A stretch of 64,000 nt of DNA from Eledone cirrhosa (Eukaryota): positions 30,380,001 to 30,444,000 of the forward strand of contig OZ024747.1 in assembly GCA_964016885.1 (NCBI GenBank), in the 5' to 3' direction. Numbering within the stretch: the stretch's first letter is position 1; each line of letters opens with the position of its first letter. A program made the translations under genes and the position numbers. Shown piece after piece: positions 38,458 to 51,974 of this stretch. Under the pieces are notes generated by a model that saw only the letters and a program-made list of their open reading frames with translations, was not told the DNA's origin and made no database searches.

Positions 38458-38670
38458 GTGGAGGCTCGCGACCTAGTGGTAAGGCTGTTAAACTTACTTC
38501 CATAATGTGAGTTTGATTCCTGGACTGGGTTGTCCCAGATAGTGGAGATGTGTGGCTTAGTGGTAAGGTTGTTGGACTTCCGATTATAATGTCATGAATT
38601 CAATTCCTGCACTGGGTTGTCTCAGATAGTGGTTGTGCATGGCCTAGTCGTAAGTGTGTTGGACTTATTA
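38458..38670 (+). repeat. About 2.5 tandem tRNA-like SINE heads (roughly 85-bp unit)
   Basis: Repeated ctagtggtaagg (A box), gagtttgattcctg/gaattcaattcctg (B box) and actgggttgtcycagatagtgg. Confidence 0.6.
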
Positions 38671-39124
38671 TAATAATGTAATGTGTTATATTCCAATATA
38701 CATATCTATATCAAGCATGGAAAAATGGAGTTAAATGGTGATGATGATGATGGTATATATATATATATATATATGCATGCAAGCATAGAAAACAGATGTA
38801 AAAACGATGATGATATACACAAGAACACACACTCACACATCCCTTTAAGATATATAAGTATGATATATTTGTTTGTGTATGGTAGTGAGTCTATCTATAT
38901 GCTAATGGGGATCTATTAATTCTGTTCACCAACAATGAAGATTTTCGTTGAATAATTTGCTCTTCCATTTTTTGTCATTTCTGATTGTAAAATTATTGTA
39001 ACATATGTTAGATATAACAAAATGTGTTCTTCTAAATGTCTCTTTAGTTGGTGTTGCTTAGCTCCAAATCAGCCTTAACCTTTCAGTCTGTATTTATTAT
39101 GAAATACACGCTGTTTCAATTAAT

Positions 39125-39304
39125 TGTTTCTACTTTAGGCACAAGGCCAGCAATTACCCAGTGCATTACTGGTACTTTATTTTATCGACCCCGTAAGGAT
39201 GAAAGGCAAAGTCAACCTCGGCGGGATTTGAACTCAGATCGTAAAGGGACGTAACTATGCTGGAAAGCATGGCTTCCGACCCTCTACCGATACTGCCAAT
39301 CCAC
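39125..39304 (-). mobile_element. tRNA-derived SINE family A with 16-bp TSD
   Basis: TSD cgctgtttcaattaat at 39109-39124 and 39305-39320. Confidence 0.92.
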
Positions 39305-39699
39305 CGCTGTTTCAATTAATGAAGAATTTTAAGGGATTTACTAAAATTATTGATTAATTCCTTAAACTAGCAGCTTAACATATGGTTCAAGTATAAAGTT
39401 ATATTCAGTAGGAACCCAATAAAATGGGGGATCTGCTTCACAAGACCAGAATCGGTTTCGGCTGGGTTGGTATCAAAAGGTTTAAATGAACAGTCAATAT
39501 GTGACAATCTTGTGTTTTTGCATATCTATGACTACAATATACAATGCATCCTCTTGCTCAACCTGCAAGTCTCTCCCTAAATTACACCTTACAGTCTGAT
39601 ATAAAGAAGGATACATTGATCAATGTAGTCCATCATCATCATTATCACCAACAATATTAACCACAATAATAACAACATCGCCACCAACAACAATATCAT

Positions 39700-40005
39700 C
39701 ATCAATTTATGTCCAATTTATTCCACATGTGCATGGGTTGAACAGGTCTTTCTCTGTACAGCATCTCTCCACTTGTCACATTCCTTTGTCATCCCTTCTG
39801 TGAGCTTTAATGATCTGAGATCAACTCTCACTACTTCCATCCAGGTCTTCTTTGGTCTTCCTCTATTGCAGCTTCCTTCCACTGGGATTATTTGGCATTT
39901 CTTCAACCAATGATCACCATCCATGCGCATCACATGTTCATACCAATGCAGTCATTCTTGAATATCCATCGAAGCATGCTTGCCTCAATTCTCTCCAGCC
40001 TTCAC
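39700..40005 (-). mobile_element. Old RTE 3' fragment
   Basis: MRMDGDHWLKKC..RGRPKKTW. Confidence 0.75.
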
Positions 40006-40501
40006 CTAATTTATAAAACAAGATGGTCATAGTTGGACGTCCTTTGATTATAGGTTAGCTTTATCTTTGCTGACTTGATGCTATACTAAGCTAAAGCTGG
40101 CAACAGCTAGCCCTAAAAAAATCTATAAGAAAACAGATGTTGAAATATTTTGTAAATATTGCCACTATAAGTAATATTTGTTTGTAGCAGCATTAATGTA
40201 TAAAGAGACAGTCAGCTTATACAGCCTAAGATTTTCTTTGTGATAAATGTAGTAAAATGTCAGAAAATAATGTAATTATTACTATAATATGAAATAAAAG
40301 GATTTAAACATTTTTTCTTCAAAATTCTCTTTCATTTTCTTCTTCGAATTTAACTCAATATTTTAAAAAGTATTTATGAAATAGCAGCTGGCATATTCTT
40401 AAGTAAAAAGAAAAAAAATTATGCAAGAATTCTACTAAATTATTTGCATAATTAACGAAAAGTGAATTCTAGAGGAATTTACTTTAAACTAATTGGTGAC
40501 A

Positions 40502-40673
40502 TAGTATCGGTAAAGAGTCGGACGCCATGCTTTCCAGCATAGTTACGTCCCTTTACGATCTGAGTTCAAATCCCGCCGAGGTTGACTTTGCCTTTCATCC
40601 TTACGGGGTCGATAAAATAAAGTACCAGTAATGCACTGGGTAATTGCTGGCCTTGTGCCTAAGTAGAAACAAT
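40502..40673 (+). mobile_element. tRNA-derived SINE family A (slightly 5' clipped)
   Basis: Near-identical to 22929-23109. Confidence 0.88.
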
Positions 40674-41479
40674 TAATTTCAAAGAAAAAATTTACTTTTG
40701 ATGTATGGTTGTTTTAGTATTGACTACAAAATACAAAAGTGTGTCTGGATGGCAATGTATCTAGAATGCAGCGAATGCATACATTAAAGAATTTGAAGTC
40801 AACTCCCAAGAAATGGAATACTACTATATCATTGATTATATGTACATTCATATTAAATATTGATATCTTATATTGGCAAAGAGCCATCAATTTATATGTT
40901 CAGAGTATAATTATCTGAATTTATTACAGCACATGGGTGTTTGCATACTTGATGTAGTGAGACAAGACATTTCAATTTATTGAAATTTCAACTTTAGTGG
41001 TGACAACTACCACCATCTAAATAATCAACTCTTGTCCAAAAAAACAAGGGAGATGACTTCAAAATTTGAGTGACAACTAGTCTTTATTAGTATGGTGACA
41101 ACCATGGATATATTTTTATTCTATGAGACCTCATAAGAGATATTTAATCTAATTCTAACTGCATCAAATTCTTAGAAATAAATCTTTTTCACAAATGAAT
41201 ACTGAAAAGTGTAATACTCATAATTAATTTTGTAAGAATAAAAATCAAAACTGAACTCAGAATACAAATTGACAGAAATCAGGCATCAAGAATTGTGCTG
41301 TACCATTTCTGCTACCCATCCACTTTCCTGTAAACTTGATAAACACTTAAGTCAATGAAGAAGTCTTTACATGGTCACTTGTTCTGCTAGAAAGAGCAGC
41401 AAAATTTCTCTCAAATCACATGCCATCATCTTGGAAAAATTAAAGAGACATTAATATATTCCCAGAGAAAATAGGACCC

Positions 41480-41880
41480 AGTTTAGCCTGTAAGATGGTA
41501 GTGTTGGTACCACACTGAAAAACAGCCAGTTGATCCTATAAAGTGTTACTGCTGGTACAACAATGAAAAGCATCCAGTTCACCCTCTAAGGAGGTAGTGT
41601 TGATGCCACAACGTGCTGGAGTCATAGAAATTGCTCCTAGTACATACTGTAAAGTGGTTGTTGTTAGAAAGAGAATTCAGCCATAGAACTCATGCTCCTA
41701 GTACATACTGTGAAGTGGTTGGTGTTAGAAAGGCATCCCACCATAGAGTCCAAGCTAAAACAGAGCATATAAACAGGATGTGGTTACCTGATCTATCTGG
41801 CCTCAACATGTGATTACTCATCTAACCTATGGGAAATAGACGTTAAGTGATGATGATGACAATGATGATAATGATGATAG
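41480..41880 (+). repeat. Old RTE-tailed repeat with tandem internal units
   Basis: Repeated gctcctagtacatactgt.aagtggtt and terminal gacgttaagtgatgatg. Confidence 0.55.
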
Positions 41881-43384
41881 GATATTCATAGCTGGAATAC
41901 TTTTGATCAGGGCTGACCTGGAGCTAAATATAGTGAATACTATCTTGATGGTGACAAAGAAGTGAGACTGAGAAACATAACCCCACTCCTAAAGTTTAAA
42001 CCAAGAAGAAATTGTAGGTTTCCTATTAACAAATTTAAAGGAGGGCAAACTGTTGATTGGTAGTGGCAGTAGCATTCATGACTTTCCAAATTTAACATTT
42101 GTATCAAGGAAAGTAAAAAGAAACATGTCCCATCCTTTTCAAGTTGGTAAAATAAAATACTAATTTAGGACAGTGTATTAATGGAATTGTTAAATTGTCA
42201 GATGAAACACTAAGCAGTATTTGTTGTAGTTATATGCATTTTAAATTTGTATCTTGTTGTGGCCATCTTAGGTAGGTTTAACACCACAACATAGCTCTAG
42301 GGTGCCTTTAGTGGTATCTGTTCAATTGGTATTTGTTCTAGTTATATTCATTTAAAGTTCAAAGTTCACTGTGACCACCTGGGTAAGTTGACTTAATCCA
42401 TCAACAAGTTTAACGCCGTGTCCCCTCAGTTGGTATTTGTTCTGGTTATATGCATATTAAGTTCAAAGTCCACTGTGACCATCTTAGGTAAGTTGACTTA
42501 TTACATTGTCCAGTTTAACACCACAACACATAAACCATATTTATTTGCCTCCTTCCAAGAAGATGAGTTGACAGAATTCTTAGACTGTTGGATTAAAAAT
42601 GCTTTGGTATTAATTCTGGCTTCTTACACTCCCACTTCATTCTTTCAAGGTTGGTAAATAGAGTACTAGTCCAGTCCAGTCCACTACTGGAGTCGACTCT
42701 TCCCCCACTTCTCTCACTCCTTCTGGAAGAAATCAGTTGTGTTTTTGCCTGGAGTGGTATGGACTCCACCAGGTTTTAAATGCCCTAAACACACTGTGTA
42801 TCAAGTTAGCACTTCTGTGACTTTTTCAGTTTTAATGGTCTAGTAAAAGAGTGTAGGCAGCACTGCCCTTCCCACATTGACTAAATGATAAAGAAAAACA
42901 AAGAGAACCATATCGTATTTGTATAGAAACTGGATCACAGACTTGACTCTTATTACACTTTGAAATTCAAAAGGAAATTTGCCATAGCAGAAAAGAATGA
43001 AGAATATAGCAACATGGGAGTGTTGATGCAAAGAGAAATAGAACCAGGGGAAAAATGTGGGAAGTAGAAGTCATGATAAAAAATATATACTGTTATCATG
43101 AATAAAAGGAGAATGCAGAAGAATTGAGAAAATAAAAACAATAAAATAAAGGATGGCAACAATTTCGAAGGCAATTACAAAATGGAGATAGTATTAAGTG
43201 GAAGAGATTGTGAATAAGGAGAGAACCAATAATAATAATAATAATAGAAAGTGGAAAATAAATTTGAGAGAGCTCAAATTATAAACAATCTTAAAATGCA
43301 GACAAAGCCTGAAGGAGACAAGTGCATGAAGATAAATAGAATGAGAAAATAGTCTTAGAACAACAACAACTCTAGAAGTCCCCT

Positions 43385-45095
43385 CTAGATAAAGGGGGTG
43401 CAGTTGTTATAATGGATGCTGAATACTACAAGGATTTGGTTGAGGAACAACTGAAAGACACAACATTCTAACATGAAATACCATCAAATATAAACCACAA
43501 CATCACGAAGAAGATCAACAACCTGGCTTCAAAATACCACAACTCACTGTCTGATAAGGAAAGAGACTACATCACCAATTTTGAGCCAAAACCCAGCAAC
43601 CTGTATGGCCTACTGAAAGTTCATAAGTCAAAAGAAATACAACTGGCAGTAAGAGAACAAAACAGTGACTACATTAAATTACTACACCCAAAAGACTTAA
43701 AACTTTGACCTATTATAGCTGGTCCAACATGCCCCACCCACCGTCTAAGCAATTTTGTTGACATTATTTTGAAACCACTATGTATTCACATACCCAGTTT
43801 CCTCCGGGATGATATCGACTTCCTGTCCCATCTTCCCCAAACCACGGAAACGATTTCACTTCTACTTAGTTTTGATGTGGTAAGCCTTTACACCAACATT
43901 ACACATGATTTAGGAATAAAGGCAGTTAAATACTGGGTGGAAAAACATAGAGAAGTGATTCCCATCAGATTCACAGCGCCATTTATATTAGACGCAGTTA
44001 AACTTATTCTGGAAAACAACACTTTCTTCTTCAATGGAAAGAATGACATCCAAATTAGAGGCACAGCGATGGGAACGAAGTTTGCTCCCGTTTACGCGAA
44101 CTCTGTAATGGGATACTTAGAACAACAACTCTACTAAGAAATAGAGGGAAAATATAGTACTGACTTTAGAAAGTACATTGAAAAATCTTGGAAGAGATAC
44201 CTTGATGACGGTTTCATCATCTGGACAGATTCTCTAGATACTCTGGATGAGTTCAATATCCTCCTGAATAACCTACACCCATCTCTCCAATTCACAAAAG
44301 AGATGAGTAGGACCAAATTGCCATTCCTAGATATAATGATAATCAAAAACGGCACCACCATTACCACGGATATATATTATAAATACACAGACACCCATCA
44401 ATATCTGAATTTTAAGTCGTGCCATCCACCTCATACAAAACGCAACATCCCATACTGCCTAGCCAGAAGAATTTGTACCATTGTAGAAGATACGAATACC
44501 AGGTACAAACGCCTAGCAGAACTAAGAGAATTTTTGCTCAAACAAAAATACCCATCTCTACTTATAGAAAATGGCATACAGCGGGCTATAAAAATACCTA
44601 TACAACAACTTAAGACAACCCAAGGAAGAAGAAACCAAGAACTGGTCATACCATTTATAATGACACACAACCCATGTCACCAGAATATCTTCAATACTGC
44701 CAAAGCAAACCTACCGATCATTGCTCAAAGTAATGAATTAAAAGGCTTAATCACAGATTGATCTTTGACTCTGAGTAAAAGACAGCTGAAAAATTTGAAG
44801 CAATTACTAACAAAAGCAAAGTTTGGCCTTAACAACAAAGACCAATCATTCACTATATCTAAATGCAATGATAGTCGATGTGGCACATGTCAATCCATAC
44901 ACGCCGGTCAATATATGAAAACAAAAACTGGAAAAATATTCCCAAATGCAAATATGAACTGCAAAAGCAGAAATCTAATTTACTGCATTAAATGCTCGAA
45001 TTGTGAAGAACTATATGTCGGTCAAACTGGAAATGCACTATCGGAACGTGCACGGGTACACCGACAGCAAATCAGAGACCCAAATGAACGAAACC
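43385..45095 (+). mobile_element. Penelope-like retroelement (RT plus GIY-YIG), decayed; same lineage as 3760-6460
   Basis: DKGGAVVIMD, LYGLLKVHK, PIIAGP, SFDVVSLYTNI, GTAMGTKFAPVYAN, RYLDDGF, LPFLDI and NLIYCIKCSNCEELYVGQT. Confidence 0.92.
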
Positions 45096-45625
45096 CTGAA
45101 GGGTAGAAACGTAATCCTGGTATGTGTATATGCATTTTTTCTTCTAACTTTAATTTTATACCTAATTATGTATGGTTGACGATATATTTAATCGATTTCC
45201 ACGTGCTATTGAAATGCAGGGTAAATATTCTATAGCGGTTGATCGCGAATAGATGGCTGTCGTTTATTTATCTATTATTTTTCCATAGGTGCCTTTTAAT
45301 CTTATAGCCTGGTTTAATTGGTTTTTTGTGTGGTTGATTATGCTAATTGGGAGAGGAAATGGAGTATATATCTTATCAAATGATTCTTTGGACATAATTT
45401 ATAGTATATATATATATATATATATACCATTGTTTTGTATTTCCTTTTTGAAGAAACATGTCCTGGTTCAATTTCATCAGCACATGTTGAACAAGTTAGC
45501 TCTTAGAGCTAACAAAACATACCTAGTATGACACTGTTGTAGTAACTGGCTTTAATAATTGTGTTCATACTAACCCTATGGACTTCATTTGCTTTATACT
45601 TTGAATATTTTTACCTACCTATTAC

Positions 45626-45697
<72 letters not shown>

Positions 45698-45699
<2 letters not shown>

Positions 45700-46468
45700 A
45701 TTGGTTCAAATATGCAACAAGGAACATTGGCGTTTTATCCAATTCAACATCAATAACTATTACTCTTCCATCACTTTACCACTTCTTAGAGCTATTAATT
45801 TCGCTAAAACGCTCACAGTGGTTAAGGATTTCGCAGTTGATGTCATCCTCAATGCCCGTAAGTCGGTGATTAATTTCAACGACTCTATTTGGATAAAAAT
45901 ATCTAATAGTACCCCATTCGACGTGAGTAAGGCCACCAGCGATTCGGCGGAGGTTACAGATCTTATTGGCCTTTTCCTTCTTTTCTCTATCAAGGAAGAA
46001 TTCCCCAACAGTGGTTTGTACTTGACAAAGTGCGGTCCACGCGCTTGCGACAGGTTCAGAAAAGAACTCACAGCCTTCTTTAAAGGCTTCAACCTCTCCA
46101 TACAGGTTGAGGCCAACCTCTTGGTCGTTAATTATTTCGAGGTTACCCTCAATTTGTCGAATGGTTTGCACTACCCATATAGAAAGCCGAATGATACGCT
46201 TAATTACATAAGTAAGCATTCTAACCATCCTGCCAGCATAACCAAGAACATGGTAAGAAACGTTTCTTTGAGGCTTTCCTGTCGAGCATATTTTCACCGA
46301 CCATTCCACATATTACAATGAAGCTCTTTCTCGGAGTGGATTTGTCGATAAGATAGCATATACTATGTATGAGCATAAACCAAGGAAAAATAGATCCTGA
46401 CGCATTATATGGTATAACCCACCATATAATATGGAGGTGGCATTAGCTAAGATCTTTTTCTCCCTTGT
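45698..46468 (+). mobile_element. Internal fragment of the PLE family at 8.6-11.1 kb
   Basis: High similarity to the reverse complement of about 10180-10905 (FIQFNINNYYSSI, YRKPN, WYNPPY). Confidence 0.9.
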
Positions 46469-47341
46469 TTTTAACTAAGCATCTCAACTCCACAGCCATG
46501 CCACTGCCTTTTACTGTTATTTATTTACATTACATAATAAGTATGATAAATTGAGTCAAATTTCTTCAGTGACCAGATGTACTTATCAATGATTGTCTGT
46601 CTGTATGGAATTCAGCTGACTGACGTTTCGAAGCAGAGAATTGAGCTTAGCATTCCGAAGCAAATGAAATATTTCTCAGTCAAGTCAGTTTATATGTTAT
46701 ACAATGTTTCCACAGCTTATAACAGTAAGCTTGTACATTAAATGACATCTATTTGCAGCTAAATATATTCTTCAGTTTACATAAGTTAAGTATCTTAAAT
46801 ATTAACATGCTGCAGTACTACTAACAGGAAATGAACTGACAACTCTACTAATAATAGGTTGCCAACCTATTAATTTGGTCAAAAGTGTTCTATAGGAATA
46901 AAACACAAATGTTCATATGCCTGATGGCAGGTGGAAATCTTTGGTTAGAAACATGAAAGAAAGGTCAGTGAATTTTTTAAATATTCCTACAGCACTTTGG
47001 TGGTAATATCTCTTTTTTGTAAATGATAATGGGCAGAAGAGAAAAGACAAATAACTTGTCAGTTAGGATTTAAATCTATTTCTCTTGCTTTTCTTCACAG
47101 AACAAAGACTGAAATGCTGACTCTGCACAGCTTGCTATCTACTATCTACAATCTTTAGGGATGTCGTTGATAGAAAATTGCTGATAAACATAATCCAGTA
47201 GAATAAAGAACATCACTCTGAAAAGAATCACATCTCCACAAAACTTTCTTATTTTCTTCTATTTAGTTTTACAGAAGACAATATCCAATATGTCATTAAC
47301 ATGGACAGACAGAATATTTCTTTTTCTTTGTCTGGAGATGA

Positions 47342-47416
<75 letters not shown>

Positions 47417-48506
47417 CATATGATGGTGATATAAATACATACATAAATATATATATGTGGAAGATATACTTTAAACGATGATGATGATGATGATACACAT
47501 ATATGTGTGTATATGTAATTATATATATGAGTGTGTGTGTGTATATGTATATATATATATGTTTTTCTTATTGATAAATGTTATCATATAATCATTTCAT
47601 TAGCAGATGATTTAGGGAAAATCTTTATTTTTACTAATAAAATTATGGCAAGACAAAAATACTTCATGTGTTTCATGATTAAATCTTCAGATAAGATATT
47701 CTATTTTTTCATACTGAAAAAATAAAATGGTAATTGTTGCGAGTAAGGTTGGGTTGTTGTTGTTTAGGCTATGACCAACCAGTCTTTTGGAGGATATGCA
47801 GGATTACATTATATATTATGATAAAAAAAACACCCAGAGCAAGACATGGTCATCTGATCTGACTTGCCAAACATCTAACCTATTTCTAGGGCAATTTTAA
47901 ACCTGGCAGAGCCCTTCTCCTCTCCAAGTTTGAATACAACAGATTTCTTTCAGAAAAGGATAGAGTAAGAGAGAGAGGAAATAAGAAAGAGATATAGAGG
48001 AAGAATCATCCTCAGTACGAGATTGCTACTTTCTTATCGACCTCAAAAGAATGAAGAGCAAAAGTGACCTTGGTGGGATTTAAACACCGAGAACAGAGAT
48101 GGAACGAATGCTATAAAGGATGCTATCCAATGTTCTAATGACTGCCAATTCACAGTTTTTTTACCAAAGTATATGTTCAACATAAACTTTATTCATTGTT
48201 ATACTCTACTAAAAGTATTCACATCATTTTGATGTTATTAGTAAATCTATTCCACAATAGGAGATATCTTTTGTGGTATTGTGGTTCAAAACTACAAAAA
48301 GCACTGTGTCACCTGTGAAAATACTGCTGGAATGAATTTTGCTCAGGATAATGAGTAAATGCTACAAAAGTCCAAATATGTTTCACAAACAGTACATACA
48401 ATATTTCATGTCATTTTTATAGATGACAATGTCAGTCAGAGTGTAAAAGATGATATATCATGTGTATGAATTTAATGGAAAGAAACCGATAAGATTTTGT
48501 GCCTTA

Positions 48507-51475
48507 TAATAATAATAATAATGAAATTATTGTGTAAAGTGCTCAGGTGCACTACAACTCATCAAAGGTGTATGTATAGTACATATAATAATATACAAAT
48601 GTCAGGGAAGTTAATAGTGTATGAGTCATGATATACATGTGTGTATGTGTATGGAGGGGGAACATTAGGTGTAGTGTTGGCGAATCTCGGGAAACATGGA
48701 GGTTTTAAAGGATGCAGTGTCTCGACAGCTAACAACTGATGCAGGTAGTTTGTTCCATGCTTCAGCAACTCTGAGCGTGAAAAATGTTTCCAAAAGTCAT
48801 GGGATCTGTGCTGTTTTCTGACTTTGTGGGCATGTCCACGTGTGTTAGACACATGGAAATCAAAAAGGTACTCAGGGTTGTTGTTGGCAAGATGGTTAAC
48901 AATTTTGTGGGTGTTTACCAAGTCAGTTGCCAGGCGTCGGAGCTTCAATGTATCCATGCCCAAGGAAGCAAGGCATTCAGAGTATGGTAGATGTCTGATG
49001 GAGGGTATTCGCTTGGTTGCACGTCTCTGAACAGTTTCCAGGCGGTCAATGTTCTGAGCAAGATAGGGGTTCCAGACTGGTGATGCAAATTCTAAGTGTG
49101 GCCGCACCATAGCCTTAAATAGATAGCTGGGAGCGGCTGACAAAGGTCTTGCTGAGTGATGCTAAGACACCCTCAACCCTCTTGACAATTTTAGAGACGT
49201 GCTTCATCCAACTCAAATCGCTGCTGACCGTAATGCCTAGGTCACGTTCACAAGAAGACTTCTTGATATTAGTGCTGTGGAGGGAGTATGTGGATGCTGG
49301 ATTTGTACTCCCAAAATGCATGGTAGTGCACTTGTCCACAGCTAGCTTGAGTTGCCAGTCTGAGATCCATTGTTGCATTGTGTCCAGGTCAGACTGCAAG
49401 CAAGATCTATAGTGTTCAGGATCTGTCCTTTTTATCTCAAGGTACAGCTTGATGTCATCTGCGCACTTTAGTACTGTGACATTCTTTAAGTTGGCATCTA
49501 TGTCATTAATATATGCCACAAACAAAAGGGGGCCAAGAACAGATTCCTGTGGTACACCAGATGACATCTCATATGGTGAGGAATGCTGTCCCAGAACCGT
49601 GACTACCTCTCTTCGACTGAGAATGAAGGACTTCAACCAGTTAAAAAGATCATCCTTCACACCTATTGCAGAGAGTTTTGCCATAAGCCTTTTGTGTGGC
49701 ACAGAATTGAAAGCTTTCGCAAAGTCAAGGTAAACAACATCCACCCATGAGCCGCCATCAGTGATCCGGGTGATGTCTTCAAGAAACTCGATAAGTTGAT
49801 CACAGCAGCTGGAGTTGGGGATAAATCCAAATTGCGAGGGCCGGATAAGACTGTGAGAGTTCCAGAAGTTCCAAAGTGTTTCTCTGACACAGGATTCCAT
49901 CAATTTGGCAATGCAACTAGTAAGACTGACTGGGTGATAGTTCACAGGTGATCTGCGGTCACCCTTTTTGAACAGAGGAATGACACTGGCAGTTTTCCAC
50001 TGTTCTGGAGTAGCACTGTTGTTCAGACAGAATTGGAAGAAGCATGATAGCTGGTGCAGAAGGAAGTACCCACCACGTTTAAGAAGCAGGTACGTAACAC
50101 CATCAAGACCAGGAGAGGCATGGTTGCATTTATTTTTTAGGTGACGTCGCAGCATTGCAGGTGTAAATTCCATGGTTGTAATAGAGTTCGGTCTCATAGG
50201 TGGTGGAGATGGTACACTCTGGTCTTCAATAGTGAAAATGCCTGCATAGCATTCAGCAATGAGCTCTGCGCATTCCTTGGGGTTGTCAGTAACCTGGCTT
50301 GTGTGGGGATTGTGAAGAGCACCAAAAGCAGAGGTGCTTTGAGTGAACATACTTCCAGAACACCTTACTGTCGGGGCTGGTTGCTATGCGCTGCTCAAAT
50401 TGAAGCACTGCCTTTTTTGTCACCTGTTTGAGGTGGTTGGACGATTTATTTTCGCCTCTTCCTATTGATGTCTGATTTGTGCAGTTTGTACTCATGTTCA
50501 GCATTGCGACGTTCTTTTCTGGCAAGACGACTGCTGCAGTCTCCTAAATTGCACTTTTGGGATATTTTTTCCGCTTACGCGGCACCGATGCTGCACATGC
50601 TGTCCATATTGAGCTCAGGATGTTCTGGAGTACAGTGTTGACATCTCCAGAGTCGTAGAACTCAAGCCAGTTTGGACGTTGCAGCTCGGTACAGTAACAG
50701 TTCCAGTCTGCTTTATTCCAGTTAAAGTGAGCAGTTTGGAGATGGTTATGGTTCTTGTTACTGCCCATGAGGGATAGATTGGCAATGATCATAGCATGAT
50801 CAGAGTCAGCTAAAGGTTCCTCAGCAGTAACACTAATGACCGTTTCAGGAGTAGTGGTGAAGAGTAGGTCCAAAGTGTTGTCACTTCTTGTTGGGGAGGT
50901 GACTACTTGGGACCAATTCGAGTCCAGCACTAGCTCAAGGAAGTCATTTGCACTTGGCGGCCAATGAAAGGTTTCCCAGTCAATCTCAAGGTGATTGAAG
51001 TCTCCTGCAATAAAAACATAAGTGGCTGTTTTCCTGGCAGCGGTTCTTAGGATATCACAAAGTTGAGTGTCCTGATGGTAATTTGGGGGACGGTAAACGA
51101 CTCCAAGTAGCAGTGTTGTCATGGTCATATGTATATCGCAGAAAAAAAACTTCCTGCTGTGATTGGTTCAAATCAACACAAGGAATTGCCGACAAATTTG
51201 ACTGAATGTAGACCATTACACCACCACCACCACCACGATTAATGTGCTTTTTATGAAACAGGTTGTAGCCAGTTATGCTGAAAACTCCATCACAGAGTAA
51301 GGGATGTGCCCAAGTTTCTGTGACTGTAATGAATTCAGGGTTGATACTTTTTGATCTAGGAGTCAAAAAGATGAATCTTATTGCATAGACTACGTGCATT
51401 CAAGGACAACAATTTGTACCTTGATTCCTGTATATGATTATGTGCAGGGGATGGCAGGTTGTTCTGATTTAGTGT
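48507..51475 (-). mobile_element. CR1-type LINE ORF2 (APE plus RT), frameshifted, ORF1 absent, (TTA)n tail
   Basis: APE motifs LNARSL, VTETW, GGGV, VYRPP, GDFN, LDL and SDH; RT motifs SPGLDG, PLFKKGD, QFGF, YLDFAKAF, GVPQESVLGPLLF, ADDIKL, ERDLG and VRPHLEFASPVWNP. Confidence 0.92.
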
Positions 51476-51549
51476 ATATATGTGTGTATGTGTGCGTATG
51501 TGTGTGTATATATGTGTGTATATCATCATCATCATCATATATATATATA

Positions 51550-51594
<45 letters not shown>

Positions 51595-51974
51595 ATATAT
51601 ATGTATATATGTGTGTGTGTATATATATATGTGTGTGTGTGTGTATATGTATATACATATATATATATATATATACTTCCACTAATACAAACATACATAT
51701 ATATTGCTGAATGTATCCTGTTTTTTAGAATATGTACATTGTATCCCTGCATGTCATAAAAGGCAACAAAAGTGTTGGCATCGAGAAGGGTATCAGGCTG
51801 TAAAATGCTGTCTCAAAACCCAGGTCAATATGGAGAAATGTATGTAAAAATTATGATGATGAAAATAAATCAAACACTTAATATAAATCTCTTTTTCTTC
51901 ATCAAGGTTGTATAGTACTGCTTATATATACATACTTATATATTATATATATTATATATATTATATATATTATA

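Noticed and set aside
26900-43380. Host gene exons in the less repetitive AT-rich stretches
   Set aside because: I saw no ORF with recognisable domains or convincing splice-bounded coding segment. Small exons cannot be excluded without RNA data.
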